This document shows positions 24,327 to 35,618 of a DNA stretch of 64,000 bases, one piece after another (position 1 is the first letter of the stretch; every line of letters begins with the position of its first letter). The position numbers and the translations under genes are program-made. The notes under the pieces were generated by a model, which made no database searches, was not told the origin of the DNA, and worked only from the letters and a program-made list of their open reading frames with translations. Source of the stretch: Tubulanus polymorphus. Its lineage: Eukaryota > Animalia > Nemertea. The stretch lies in NCBI RefSeq assembly GCF_964204645.1, contig NC_134029.1, forward strand, positions 15,866,950 through 15,930,949, given 5' to 3'.

Positions 24327-24466
24327 CGATGAGCGTCAGTCATCGTCAAAACGTCGAATGATTGTCCGTCCGCGAGTAATTCGAATGTCCATCTATTTAG
24401 AATATTACGATGAGCGTCAGTCATCGCCGAAACGTCGAACGATTGTCCGTCCGCGAGAAATTCGAT
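24327..24466 (+). repeat. Duplicated unit of about 60 bp in the Gypsy 3'UTR
   Basis: ACGATGAGCGTCAGTCATCG...GTCCGTCCGCGAG.AATTCGA twice, 80 bp apart; each copy has a CGATGA/TCATCG hairpin. Confidence 0.8.
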
Positions 24467-24503
24467 TTTTCACGCGGGGCGCGTGAAAGCTGGGAGGGGG
24501 TGA

Positions 24504-25904
24504 TGTAGCGAAACTAGCGGATTTCGCCGTACATTGGCGCTAAATTTAAAATCACCTTCTCCCGGATTTCACCGCTCTGCTCCTATCTTATAATATATTA
24601 TCCTGTTAATGTCTTTTAACTGTATTTATTCGGCGAGACCGTGTTGTATCATTTTATAAATGTCCGTGTTTTGTAATTGGGTCGATGTTTCGCGACCGGT
24701 TGTTCCGGGTCCGCGTTTATTCATTTTAACCCTTCTGGTTGAATTGGATTTGTAATTATTACTTATATCTTCCGAGTGCGGGGTTCGAACCCTTTCAACT
24801 CATTTATTACTTTAAGAACATTTATCGCTCATGTATATTATAATATTACCTTTGTGATGATATTTTAAACTATTCTTTGTATCTCTCGTGTCCGCCGTGA
24901 CCTTTTGCAGCTGGCGTGCGGTTGCCCGGCTCCGCTCTCATTGTCGCTGGAACTCAGCCAACCTCGAAGTCACGTGGCACGCGTAACCAATCACGCGTGT
25001 CCGGGCTTTTGTTCCAGCCAATGAGAGCGCGGCGGGGACAATCGCGGGCTATAAAAGGCGCGCGGAGCGCGAGATTCAAGAACAAACCGTTCACTCGGAC
25101 TGTCCGTGCAACTTAAAGCTTGAAAGCGCCGCAGAAAACGTTACGTAATTCTTGTATTGACTGCACATACCAGTAATTATATATAATGTAAGAACCTGCC
25201 CGTCCGTGTCCCCGTGTCCACATGCGGGCACCCGGACCGCTCTAATTAGTTGTAAATAGTATTTGCCGTTATTGATGTTCAGGGTCGGCGTTGTCCCCGG
25301 CGGACGCCGCGTTGTCCCCGGCGGACATGGTTGTCCCCCTGACGCCGTGTTTGTCCCGGACTCCGCGTTGTCCGGGCGGGAGCCCTTTTGTATATAGTAA
25401 CCGTGTTCGGAATGACCGACTGTGTAATTGTAAATAGTGTTTGGAAATTAATTCGAGGCTTGCATCGGATTTCGGGCGTTTATAGCTGCAAATAAATATA
25501 TATTAGTTAGTAATTCAAAATTAGCATCGGGCCGTTTCTTTGAGTTATCGTGGACTTGATCGGAGTGAGGAAGAGAGTCAGAGGCAAGTAGTCTAACTTG
25601 TAGAACACGAGGAATCCGGTCAGCTGAGGAGAGGCCGGAGTCACGCTAACGACATTTTGTCCGGCAGAGGATTCCAGCTGAATTACTCGCCTCCAAGAGG
25701 AGGACGAGCGGACCCGGACGTACCCACCAACGGTGAAGAGGCACGAAGAAATAGGGGGCGCCCCGAGAGGATATGGGCCGTGTGTGAGGCCTAAGTTGGG
25801 TGGAGGCGGGACAAGCACAGCTGCGCAGGAGTTGCTTGTCCCCCGCGAAATCCAAATATTACTGAGAAGCTATTTTGGTTACCGTGTCCACGGAATCCGT
25901 TACA
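24504..25904 (+). repeat. 3' LTR (1401 bp), preceded by a polypurine tract GGGAGGGGG
   Basis: Near-identical to the 5' LTR; by eye about 5 substitutions and 2 small indels. Confidence 0.96.
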
Positions 25905-28058
25905 AGAGCACGCGAAATCATTCGACCGTGACGAATGATAAAACCCTAAATAAAGACTTCATACGCGCGAAATAGAATTAAGTTCAATAATATTTTAAGA
26001 TTAACGCGAAAAATGACGACTATAAGACCGATACGGAGATATTTACTACAAAATAAACCGGAGTCAACCGCACCACCGCGAAAACGCTCACACGGAAGTG
26101 AGGCGGCGCCAGCGAACGGCGTCGTAAAAACGAGCGTAAACACGAGCAGGGCTGGGGAATTCTCCGGCGACGAGACGGAACCAAAACGGCCCAAAATCAA
26201 AGAAATTGGGTCTCAAATATAAAAAGGTGAACACACACTAATAGGTAGGTGGAGAATAAAAGAATGGCCTGGACAGGCGCCGAAAAATCGCTTATATCAC
26301 CGCGATGCGGCGTGGCAACACCGCGGGGGCCTGCCCAGCCCCAGGTCGTAAAATTGGAATTTTACAGAACCAGAACTGCCAAAAATCTGTCAGATTGAAA
26401 TTGAGCCGAAAAGATCCCGAAACATCGCCGCAGAACACTCAGCCCCGTCCCGGAATACGTACATCTAAAAAGAAACAATGAGAAAAGAACGGCTTAAGGC
26501 CATTCCGAAATACATAATATAATTTCACCAAAAGACCTACATTTTGTGGTCAAACCCACCCCAGATATAGACAATTTTCGCCACAGTATAGTACTAACTT
26601 TGATTGAAAAAAAATTAAATTTACTTCACTTTTAAATGTTTTATTTAGCTGCATATCTACAAGAACCAATATTTACAAGATATTTACAATATTGCAGCAA
26701 CATATTCACAATAATACAAGAAAGCACAATCTTCAGCACAGTTATCATTATTCATTTGTCCACTAATTTCGCAGGTTGCGTCCAACACGACGCAAAAAGT
26801 CAACTATACTTGATTTACCATCGCGTTGCTCACAGAGGTTTTTCAGCCGATTTTGTAGCTGAACGTAATTTCGTTTGACACGTTTTTTCGGTGGATTCCC
26901 AGCTTCCATTTGTGCCAGAACAGTTTCAACAACGCAATTTTCCTGCTGCAAGCATTCGATAGCACGCCAGATAGATGGACGTTTTGTTCCGACCAATATA
27001 CGGAATTTATTGTTCCAAGCCTCTGACAAATTGTTTGTTCTGTCCTCAGAATTTATGGTAACAGTATGCATGTTCCAGGTCTTTGGGGGATACTGTGGGG
27101 GAACACGCTTTAAACGGAACAGCCCACCTGGAGCACGGATTTTACGGTACGTTGAAACAAAGTTACTGCCGAAGTAATCAACAAGCTCAGTTGCCTCTTC
27201 TGGAGCAGTCTCGCGTATATGATTGTATCCGGATTCAACATCATCCACAGGCAAGAAGGCCAGTCCATTTAACTTTCCACAGAATAACTGAAAATCTTTA
27301 TCGTCCCTGTACATAGTAGCAAGTCCAAGGTTTTGAATCTAACGATATATACACTGGGATAAATGATAGAAGCATCCTCTTATTTCAATATCACCAAACA
27401 CAGATTTTGTTGCATTGAGAACTGCCAACTCAAAATCTATCACAACAGTTTTTCGGCGAGAGAAATAGTCCCTTCTCATCGCACTTTTCACATAATACGG
27501 TGAGAAATTCTACATAAGTTTCCTGAGTTTTCCTTTGAAGGAATGCATAAACGGTTGAAATAGCAGAATCAGCCAGAGGGACATGGATTACATACAACTG
27601 TTCGAACAAAGTTGGTGCCATCTGGAAATTTCCGTCCATGAATCACGTATCAGCTTCGCAGAGTTTTTTCAAACATATGTCTGTTGCAAAAATCATGATT
27701 CTTGATGTTGTGCTCGCGTTATCGTACATCAGGAACTCTTCTCCATCCTCTCGGGTTAGAGACCATGTATCTGTAATGAACAGCTCATCATGGGTTGCAG
27801 GATCTTTTGGATATTTCTTGCATCGAACTCTTTGCATTACTTTCTTGCATGTATCAGCGTGAGGTAATCGGCTTTGTACATCTGGACCCGGTTCCACAGT
27901 TCTTAATTAACTTTTAACTCAGAGTTAAATTCCCTAACTCAGAGTTAAAAGTAACTCGGAGTTAAATCCGGTTCCACAGTTGTGAGTTAAATTTAACTCT
28001 AGAGTCAAATTCCTTAACTCAGGGTGAAATTCTAACTCTGGGTCAGACCTGAATTAAA

Positions 28059-29882
28059 ATGCTTAACTCAGAGTTTAAAATGGCGGCATTCTACTTATTA
28101 GCGGGTAGAGAAGCCAAGAATAAAGAATATCGAAGGATTACAAATCAACTCGAAATCACGGATGTTGAATGCTATAATAGATATCGCTTTACAAGAACGG
28201 GTGTGCAGAGAATCGTTGAAATATGTAGACCATTGATGGCAGAAAAAACGTGCAATCCTGGATTGCCTTTGACTGTCGAACTGCAAGTTCTTATGGCACT
28301 TCGATTTTATGCCAGTGGCTCATTTTTGGAGGTAATCGGAGATAGTTTTGGTGTATCGAAATCAACAGTTTCGAGATCTGTTACTCGTGTAACCGACGCA
28401 CTTTGCTCGAAGAAAGCAGATTTTATCAAGTTTCCGAGAGGCCCAGCAGAACTGGCAAAAACGAAATCTGATTTTTATGAAGTCGGAAATTTCCCCGGTG
28501 TTATTGGTTGTGTTGATGGAACACATATACGTATTCAAGCTCCAAGAAATGAAATTGAAAGAGACTTTGTGAACCGAAAAAGTTTTCATTCGATAAATGC
28601 ACAGGGTGTGTGTAATGCCGATGGTAAGTTTAAGGCCGGAAATTAACAGGATACTGTCCGATTTGGCAATGTTCTGCGCGTAGTGACTTTTTTTCTTTTC
28701 AATGCAGTGTACCATCTAAGTAATTTGTCAGAAACAAATGCAAACCCCTCGCTTAGGGAGATTCTCACTGGTGAGAATCAAAAAATTTAACTTACCAGTA
28801 CGGTGCCGGCCCTTGATCCTTGTTTGTGATGTATCATTATTCCCATAAAAACATAAAAAGTGCCCTGCTTCTATCCATTATTGCATGCAGGACCGTTTAC
28901 AGAGTCGAAATGAAGCAATCTAGCGTAGGCCCTGGGCCAAATGCTCATGGATCAATATTTATAAGTACTTATTATCAATATTTTAGTTACATGATTCTTC
29001 AACCCCCATGCTGTGTTTATGCGCGTATGCCCTCTCCCTCTTGCTTAGAGAAAATCTTACGTATAGAAACTGACAAGACAAAAAGAACATATTGTTTGTA
29101 ACATTTAAATTTACCCATTGGAATAAAAATCGCAACTTCCAAGGAAAAGATCTTATTTTCCTGATAGACAGTCTGACCAATCCTAGAATCTCTTTAGTTT
29201 ACACGATGCATTCAAACTTGCACGAGCAGCAAGGCTGTATGCTGTTATTTGGACTTTAATTTAAAATCGAAAATAATTTCAACAAAACTAATTGTTCTGT
29301 CAATAGATTCTTTTTATTTCAGGATTGTTCGTTGATTTTGTCGCCCGTTGGCCTGGCAGCTGCCATGATAGTTTCATCTTTAGATCGTCAAGTCTCGGAA
29401 GGTGAGCAATGCCCCCCAGTACATAACAGAATCCTGCGTCAAAATGTATGTGCACATATATTCATGATTTGATTTTAAGGTTCTTAGATGAAAACCCATG
29501 CAGTGAATACCTGCTGGGAGATAGCGGCTACGCGTTGAAGCGATATCTGCTAACTCCGTATGGCAATCCTATAGGTCAACCGCAGGAAAATTACAATAGA
29601 TCGCACAAGAGGACACGATGCGCCATAGAAAGATCATTTGGTTGGCTGAAACGCAGATTTCACTGTCTACATGGAGAATTACGCCTGGATCCACGCAAGG
29701 CATGCCGAGTCATAACAGCCTGTGCTATACTGCACAACTTAGCAATTCTCATGAAAGAACCAGTTTTTGATGACAATGATATTGTATATGACGAGGAGGA
29801 ACCGCTGCAGCCAATAAACGAACCCGGAGATCTACATGGAGCACACATGAGACGATACGTAACAAACACCTTTTTTAATTGA
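28059..29882 (+). CDS. Harbinger (HARBI1-like) DDE transposase, 3 exons (28059-28623, 29323-29401, 29480-29882)
   Basis: [37 protein letters not shown]; GT-AG introns that keep the reading frame. Confidence 0.92.
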
Positions 29883-29949
29883 ATTTCGAGATCTGTACTC
29901 TAAAATTGCAACAATCTATAAATAATACAACGACATAAACAATCTTCTT

Positions 29950-31296
29950 TACTCTTCCTTCTCTAGTTTTTTAATTTTTAGTTCCAGGAGTCGCATTTCC
30001 ATTTCAACTTTTTTTGCTTTTACTTTCATGTAGTTCACCTGCTCATTGAGAAGATCCTGTTGTGTATAGCGCCTCTTCTTGGCTTTCTCTAAAATATAGA
30101 TGTTTTCATGTGTGATGGATGTTCTATATATGACGTATCGAATGATAGATTATTTTTTATTTGGCATTTAATTCGTTACCCAGATTTATACGTACCGGTA
30201 TTTGGAATTGTTCCAATATTATCGGAAGTGCTTATATCTTGAACATGCATCTCAGAAAAGTTGGTTTCAGTTGCCGGTAATGGCAAAATGATTCGTTGAC
30301 TTCGTATACGGTCCCGTCATCCCCCATTAGAGTAATCGGGTTCGACGGTAACGTCCCAATCTTTGATACTAAAATTTAACAGAAAAAAGTGATTGATTAA
30401 TCAATACATCATAATTTAAAATGCTCCCGACTGTTGTTCAAAATTGGGATTCGAACCTAACGAGTCCACGTCTATGACGGTGCATAAATTAGCCGGACAT
30501 GAGCCATTTTTTCTGCACATGGTGTCTGCTAAACTATCGTTTTTAAGCCGAAATGTGCGGAAAATAATCGCAGCACGAGACCAACTGGATTATCAGAATG
30601 ATGGGATTTATATGTGCATTAGTAATTTGCAACGCTGGTCTGTGATGTAACTGCCAAGCCGTAACATGTAAGTTTTATAATCTTATATTTTCTTGGATTC
30701 GGTTCCAGGAAGATATTTAGACGCCATTGCGCATGTGTGTCAAAGGTCAAAGTGTAGCACGTCATCAAGCTATCATTTGACGATATGCTGTTGGGTGAAA
30801 GCAAAGTTAAAAACAAAAATGATTGACCCTGTCAGTGAATAAAGATATATATTACCTTCTGGACTTAGTGACATGATAATGGGAGGATCTAAGTCAAGTG
30901 TTGCATCTATTCCGACCCAAGCTTCTCTGTTTTCGTTAGCGCTTATAATTTTCTCCATAGTCTCGTCGACGTTCTTTATCAAATTTTCCGGTGGTGGCCC
31001 CCTCCAGTTTTGTGTGCTAGTTTCCTTCTTTCCGAATTCATACACTTTGCTTTAGCGCTCATGTTTTTCCATTTGAATTTAAGTTCATCTGGTTTTCTCA
31101 CACAGTGCCCTAGGCTGTTTACTGCACTAGCCACCTCTCCCCATTTCTTCGCTTTCAGCTTGTTTGTGACATCGTTATTCAACTTTGAAAATAACACATC
31201 ACCATTTTTCATTACAACGTCAGTGAGAACGGCCATCTCGTCTTAAGTAAAGTTAGGACTTTTTTTAAGCTGTTTTTCGTTGCTGCACGTTGCCAT
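29950..31296 (-). pseudogene. Harbinger Myb/SANT-like DNA-binding protein, spliced and disrupted
   Basis: ATG at 31296; SPNFT*DEM (premature stop); KKWGEVASAVN...LKFKWKNM...KTGGG followed by a frameshift; coiled-coil last exon at about 29950-30090. Confidence 0.8.
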
Positions 31297-31873
31297 TTTG
31301 AGAATTACCAATTCAAACTCTGAATTAAGATGGTTACTATGGAGATATGACTTTGACTCTGAGTTAGTAAACTCTGAGTTAAATGAGAACTGTGGAACGC
31401 AAAACTAACTCGGAGTCAGCTAACTCAGAGTTAGTTTCTGACCCTGAGTTAAAAACTAACTCTGAGTCAGATTTAATCAAGAACTGTGGAACCGGATCCT
31501 GGGTTGTTAAATCTTGAAATTATTTCTGAATGTATTTGAATTGGAATTTCTCTCGTATTTTCAGCTCGTTTCTTCATTTGAAATCTTGCTTTAGTTACTT
31601 CAATTTCTGTCACATCTCTACAATGACTATGTTCTGCGGTTTCTCTAGGTCCAGTGATTTCTTTACTCGTCATTAAGCTTCCTTTACAGCCATCGTTTCT
31701 TTTTACACACACCCAGCGAATACAGTAATAACCTTTTTATTTATATCATTTAATACAAACTAATTATGTATTGTTGCAGTCTTAATTAGATTACTATAAC
31801 CAATTATATTTCCCATTTTTAATATTAAATCATCAGAAATAATTAATAGATTAGGACCTATACAATAATTTAA

Positions 31874-32659
31874 TCAGACATGAGATTTATATAGATAATT
31901 TTGGTACCTAACTATATTTTCTGGAATCGATCTATTTTCATCATTATGAATTGAATCTTCAAATAATACTTTGAATTGTTTTTGTGTATCAAATGATGTA
32001 TTTAAATTTCCAATTATTGGGGATCTTTTTTCAACCTGTGATCCTAGAATACATATCAAATAAGTTCTAATTGATTGATTTATTCTTTGTATACCAGTTT
32101 TAGTAAAACCTTCACTATTTTCTAAAATAAAATAAACCCAACCATTATTGTTTTCTTGTTTTAAATTATCATAGAATTTCGGTAATTTATTAAAATTCAA
32201 TGTTTTTAAATCCTTAGTTTCTATTTTACCATAACCTAATTTATTATTATAGATATTGTAATAACTATTAATTGGTAAGGGAAGTGCACAATATACTGCA
32301 ACCATTTTAGGGCAAGGAAGTGATCTTATTGTTCCTATTTTTGTTCTAAAATCAGAATTATTTATATCTATATTAAATTCATTACAAATTTTATAAAACT
32401 TTGATAAATTAATATTATTATCTAATTCTTTAAAATATCTAGATCCTGGTAAAGGAGTCTCTAATTCAATTAATATTAATCTTATTTGAAAATAAGTATG
32501 AAATCTAAATAAACTTTGAATTAATTTATATTTAGAATTATTTAAATGATGATTCCAACTAATTCCACAACCTGTTGTTGCACAATACACTGCAAAATTT
32601 AATTGGTTCTGCCAATACTTCATATTAGATTTTAATAACCATTGTTTTTCATCTTTCAA
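31874..32659 (-). pseudogene. Conserved Polinton/adintovirus hypothetical protein (WQNQLNFAV motif)
   Basis: 261-aa ORF with frameshifted extensions on both sides; motif recalled from invertebrate Polinton-type proteins, not verified. Confidence 0.55.
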
Positions 32660-33278
32660 TTTTTAAAAATCAATTAAGTATACATGAAATATATTTTCCA
32701 TCTTTGCATTAAAATTATCAGTTTCAGTAACATAAATATCTACATTAATTAATGAATTTAAAACTTCATTTCTATATGAAATATCTTTATTTAAAGCTAT
32801 TGCTTATTGCTATTGCTAAAAATTAAAAATTAATTAATTCTTTTAATAATTTATCCTGCTTTTGAATTGTTGTATTTCCATTTTAAACTTATTATATAAT
32901 CTAGTGTATTTTTTAATTTATTGATTTCTTTTATATTAGATTTTACTTTTTCTTTATTACCTTTTATATTTAATTTTGAACTTATTCCAGTTAAAAAACT
33001 TGAACTTAAACATAGCACACCAATTGAGATAGCTAAAGGTGTTAATGGCGAACATATTGCTAAAAATGTTATTACAGAACTCATTGTAACTGAACCATTT
33101 ATAATAAAATAATATATAATTTTAGATTTTAAATATTTTTTCTCTTTTTATCTTTAAATCATTTTCAAATTCTAATATTTGTTTTTCAAAATATAATTCT
33201 AATTTAGTTTTGCTGATATCGTGAGGAATAATATCATTATTATCAACTTTATCACCCATTTATTTAGCAAAGAAATTA

Positions 33279-33632
33279 CTAATTAGTAAATTTATACGCA
33301 ACAAATATAACAACAACTGTTCCACCTAAAATCCAAATTATTTCATATTTCTTCTGTTCACTACTCGGGGTATAATAATCTGATAATTTAGGTTTATATA
33401 GATGCAATTTTTCTTTATTTGTTACTGCGTTATATAAACTCATTGCATCATTAACTGATTGTAAATCTCTATGTGTAATTTTCTGATTATATATTTCTTT
33501 ATTGATGTAATCCATATAGTTAACACTTCCCATTTCAAATACTTTTTTTAATACCATTGTATATCCAACAGTTCCAACTGATAGTAAGGCACCATTATAT
33601 AACCCATTTATTATCCACTTATTATCACTCAT
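33279..33632 (-). CDS. Small Polinton membrane-associated protein(s)
   Basis: Hydrophobic N- and C-terminal segments; may be a deletion fusion of two small genes. Confidence 0.5.
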   Translation of the reverse strand: MSDNKWIINGLYNGALLSVGTVGYTMVLKKVFEMGSVNYMDYINKEIYNQKITHRDLQSVNDAMSLYNAVTNKEKLHLYKPKLSDYYTPSSEQKKYEIIWILGGTVVVIFVAYKFTN

Positions 33633-34007
33633 TTATTAATCAAAAAAAATACTATCTTCAAAATATTTAGTTATCTTAGTTATAATTATTTCAACATTTA
33701 TTTCATTATTACTTTTATGATTATCATATATTTCAGTTATTATTTTTTAAATATCGATGATGAAATCTTCATCTAATTCATAAAATCTTAAAGATTCTCT
33801 AATTAAATCAGTAATCTTTTCTACATTATAAGTTTCTTTACCTATTGTTGTTTCATATTCAAATGTTGTTTCATTAAAAAATGCAATATTTTAATATGTG
33901 TTATTACATCATTAATATCAAATTTCATTTCTATCTCACGTTGAAAATCAAATCCAAAACATATACTCGGTCCTACTGTTATATTCTTACTTTATATAGT
34001 GGAAAAA

Positions 34008-34753
34008 TTATTCTCTACATCCTATAACTAATTCATATATCACAGGAAAGTTATTCAAATCAATTAAGTATCCATTGTGATTTCTTATTTCTAATTTAAA
34101 ATTCTTGAAATGTGGAATACAAGGCTTAAAATCATATTCTGTTAAATTATAATTAATTTGCTTCCAAATTGTTTAACATTTTTTAATGGTAAAATATTTG
34201 ATATACTAGAATTACAAGTTGTATCTTTAGTTGCTTCAAATGTTCTTGTAGGATCAATTAAATTGCAATAAATATGAAAATGTGTGTAAGGTATTAAGTT
34301 TGTTGTAGCATCAATATTTGTAAAAGATCTATCTGGAGGAATTCCTAACAGTTTAGCTATAGGTTTTTTACCATAAATTTATGTTTGTCACATTATCTTT
34401 ATTTTATCAGAACTCTCATTTTTTAAAAATCTAATACTAAACCCGGAATTACTACCTAACTTGTGCCGGGTTTTTCTATTAATTTCTTTTGATAATGTAT
34501 CTAAATTATATAACCCTGGTTTTAAATATATATAGGACCATTCTTTTTTATTTTTATCAAAAACTAAAAAGGCTCTATGTTCAAGAGTTCTATTCGATAT
34601 ATTATAAAAAGAATTACATAAACTTATATTTACTAATTTTATATCTACACAATTCTTAAATTCTCTATCTAGTTGTATCAATAAATTATGAGATTTATAA
34701 TTTGTAAGTCATCTTGAATCAACAAATATTCTTTATTCTTTTAATTCTACCAT
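34008..34753 (-). pseudogene. Penton/minor-capsid-like protein, frameshifted
   Basis: SLCNSFYNIS...LKPGLYN, followed by fragments HFHIICNLI and KLEIRNHNGYLIDLNNFPVIYEL, resembling Polinton single jelly-roll minor capsid proteins. Confidence 0.55.
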
Positions 34754-34773
34754 TTATTTAAAATATTTTTATA

Positions 34774-35115
34774 TTATTCGAAATCTATATCATGGTGTCC
34801 TTTTTCATTCTTACCTTTGTATATGAAATAGAAATCACCAGAACATAATTCTTCTAAATCTTCACTAGATAATCTATGAAATCTATCTGGTAAATATGTT
34901 CTGAATTTATATTTATTTCCTTTTAATCCTTCATATTCTAAGTGAATAACTAATTTATTACCATATTTGTTAGAAACTGTATCAATATTTGTAATTAAAT
35001 ATTTCTTATGAATTGTTAATTCTGCTAACTTCTTAAATTTATAATATACAGATTTGACATTGGTAGTATCTTTAATTCTATCTAAGAATTCACTGTGTAT
35101 TTGTTTACTTTCCAT
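34774..35115 (-). CDS. Polinton small protein, possible OB-fold/ssDNA-binding type
   Basis: 113-aa intact ORF (FKKLAEL...SNKYGNKLVI...YLPDRF); the fold assignment is inference. Confidence 0.5.
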   Translation of the reverse strand: MESKQIHSEFLDRIKDTTNVKSVYYKFKKLAELTIHKKYLITNIDTVSNKYGNKLVIHLEYEGLKGNKYKFRTYLPDRFHRLSSEDLEELCSGDFYFIYKGKNEKGHHDIDFE

Positions 35116-35618
35116 TTCAATATCAAATGTTTTTATTAAAATTGATTTTAGAAGTTATTCATTTATATATGTTATTCATTTATACGTTATTCATATATAT
35201 GAATATTAAAGTAATTGGTAATGTGTTTGTTCAAGTCAAAATGTTGACGCCACGTTTCGGCTCTCGTAGTTTAAAATTTGTATGGTTACTTCAGTTCGAA
35301 GTTTATAACTTCATGTGTCTGTATTGTGCTGCCACCTATCATTCTTATAATTTTTTCAGCTCTTAACGTCATTGTGTGGTAGCCATATTTGAACGCAGCT
35401 GGTTTTTGGTTTAGCAATATCTTGTCAAAAAGGCTCAATTGTTCCGTAAGTTTAATTCAAGATAATTCGTAACTTTATTTATCAGTCTGTATACTGAATC
35501 ACAAACTTGCAAAGTTTCATTTCATATTGTAGAAACGTCTTTTCGTCTTGGTCGCGATATGGTCGAATAAAGTCAGTTTGGAACTTGAGAACAAAATTCT
35601 TGGTTGTCAGTTGCAACA

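Larger units (their letters stand above)
20161..24332 (+). pseudogene. Putative spliced ORF3 of the Gypsy element: N-terminal zinc fingers, E/K-rich coiled coil, C-terminal CxxC pairs; interrupted by a LINE
   Basis: Strong splice acceptor ending at 20160; FKCRGC...LKRHETKC and YECKKCG; the frame ...KKKVER (20447) rejoins KEEGVTAE (23283) once the LINE is removed; CPFC...CIAC near the stop at 24332. Confidence 0.7.
13544..25904 (+). mobile_element. Full-length Gypsy/Ty3 LTR retrotransposon with an extra ORF3
   Basis: Paired TG...CA LTRs, PBS, PPT, gag, and PR-RT-RH-IN domain order. Confidence 0.97.
27885..31498 (+). mobile_element. Complete PIF/Harbinger DNA transposon
   Basis: TIRs GA(C/T)CCGGTTCCACAGTTCTT(A/G)ATTAA; 3-bp CTG TSD (27882-27884 and 31499-31501); convergent transposase and Myb/SANT genes; arrays of TAACTCWGAGTT at both ends. 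Confidence 0.95.
26763..31727 (-). pseudogene. MULE/Mutator transposase with FLYWCH-like N-terminus, split by a Harbinger insertion
   Basis: RWVCVKR..GCKG...HSH (31473-31727), MDGNF, VYAFL, GCFYH, RTNNLSEAWN. Removing the Harbinger restores the frame FNNP|DVQSRLP. Confidence 0.88.
31728..35230 (-). mobile_element. Polinton/Maverick segment 2 (structural and accessory genes), decayed
   Basis: Same AT-rich, packed minus-strand architecture as segment 1 and a shared 18-bp upstream motif. Confidence 0.75.

Noticed and set aside
23172-24332. 386-aa ORF as an independent gene starting at 23172
   Set aside because: The first about 37 codons come from the LINE 3'UTR; the rest is the distal part of Gypsy ORF3.
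24327-24440. Hammerhead-like GATGAG...CCGAAACGTCG in the Gypsy 3'UTR duplicate
   Set aside because: Lacks the CUGA core (reads ACGAUGA), the first copy lacks GAAA, and a competing CGATGA/TCATCG hairpin explains the pattern.
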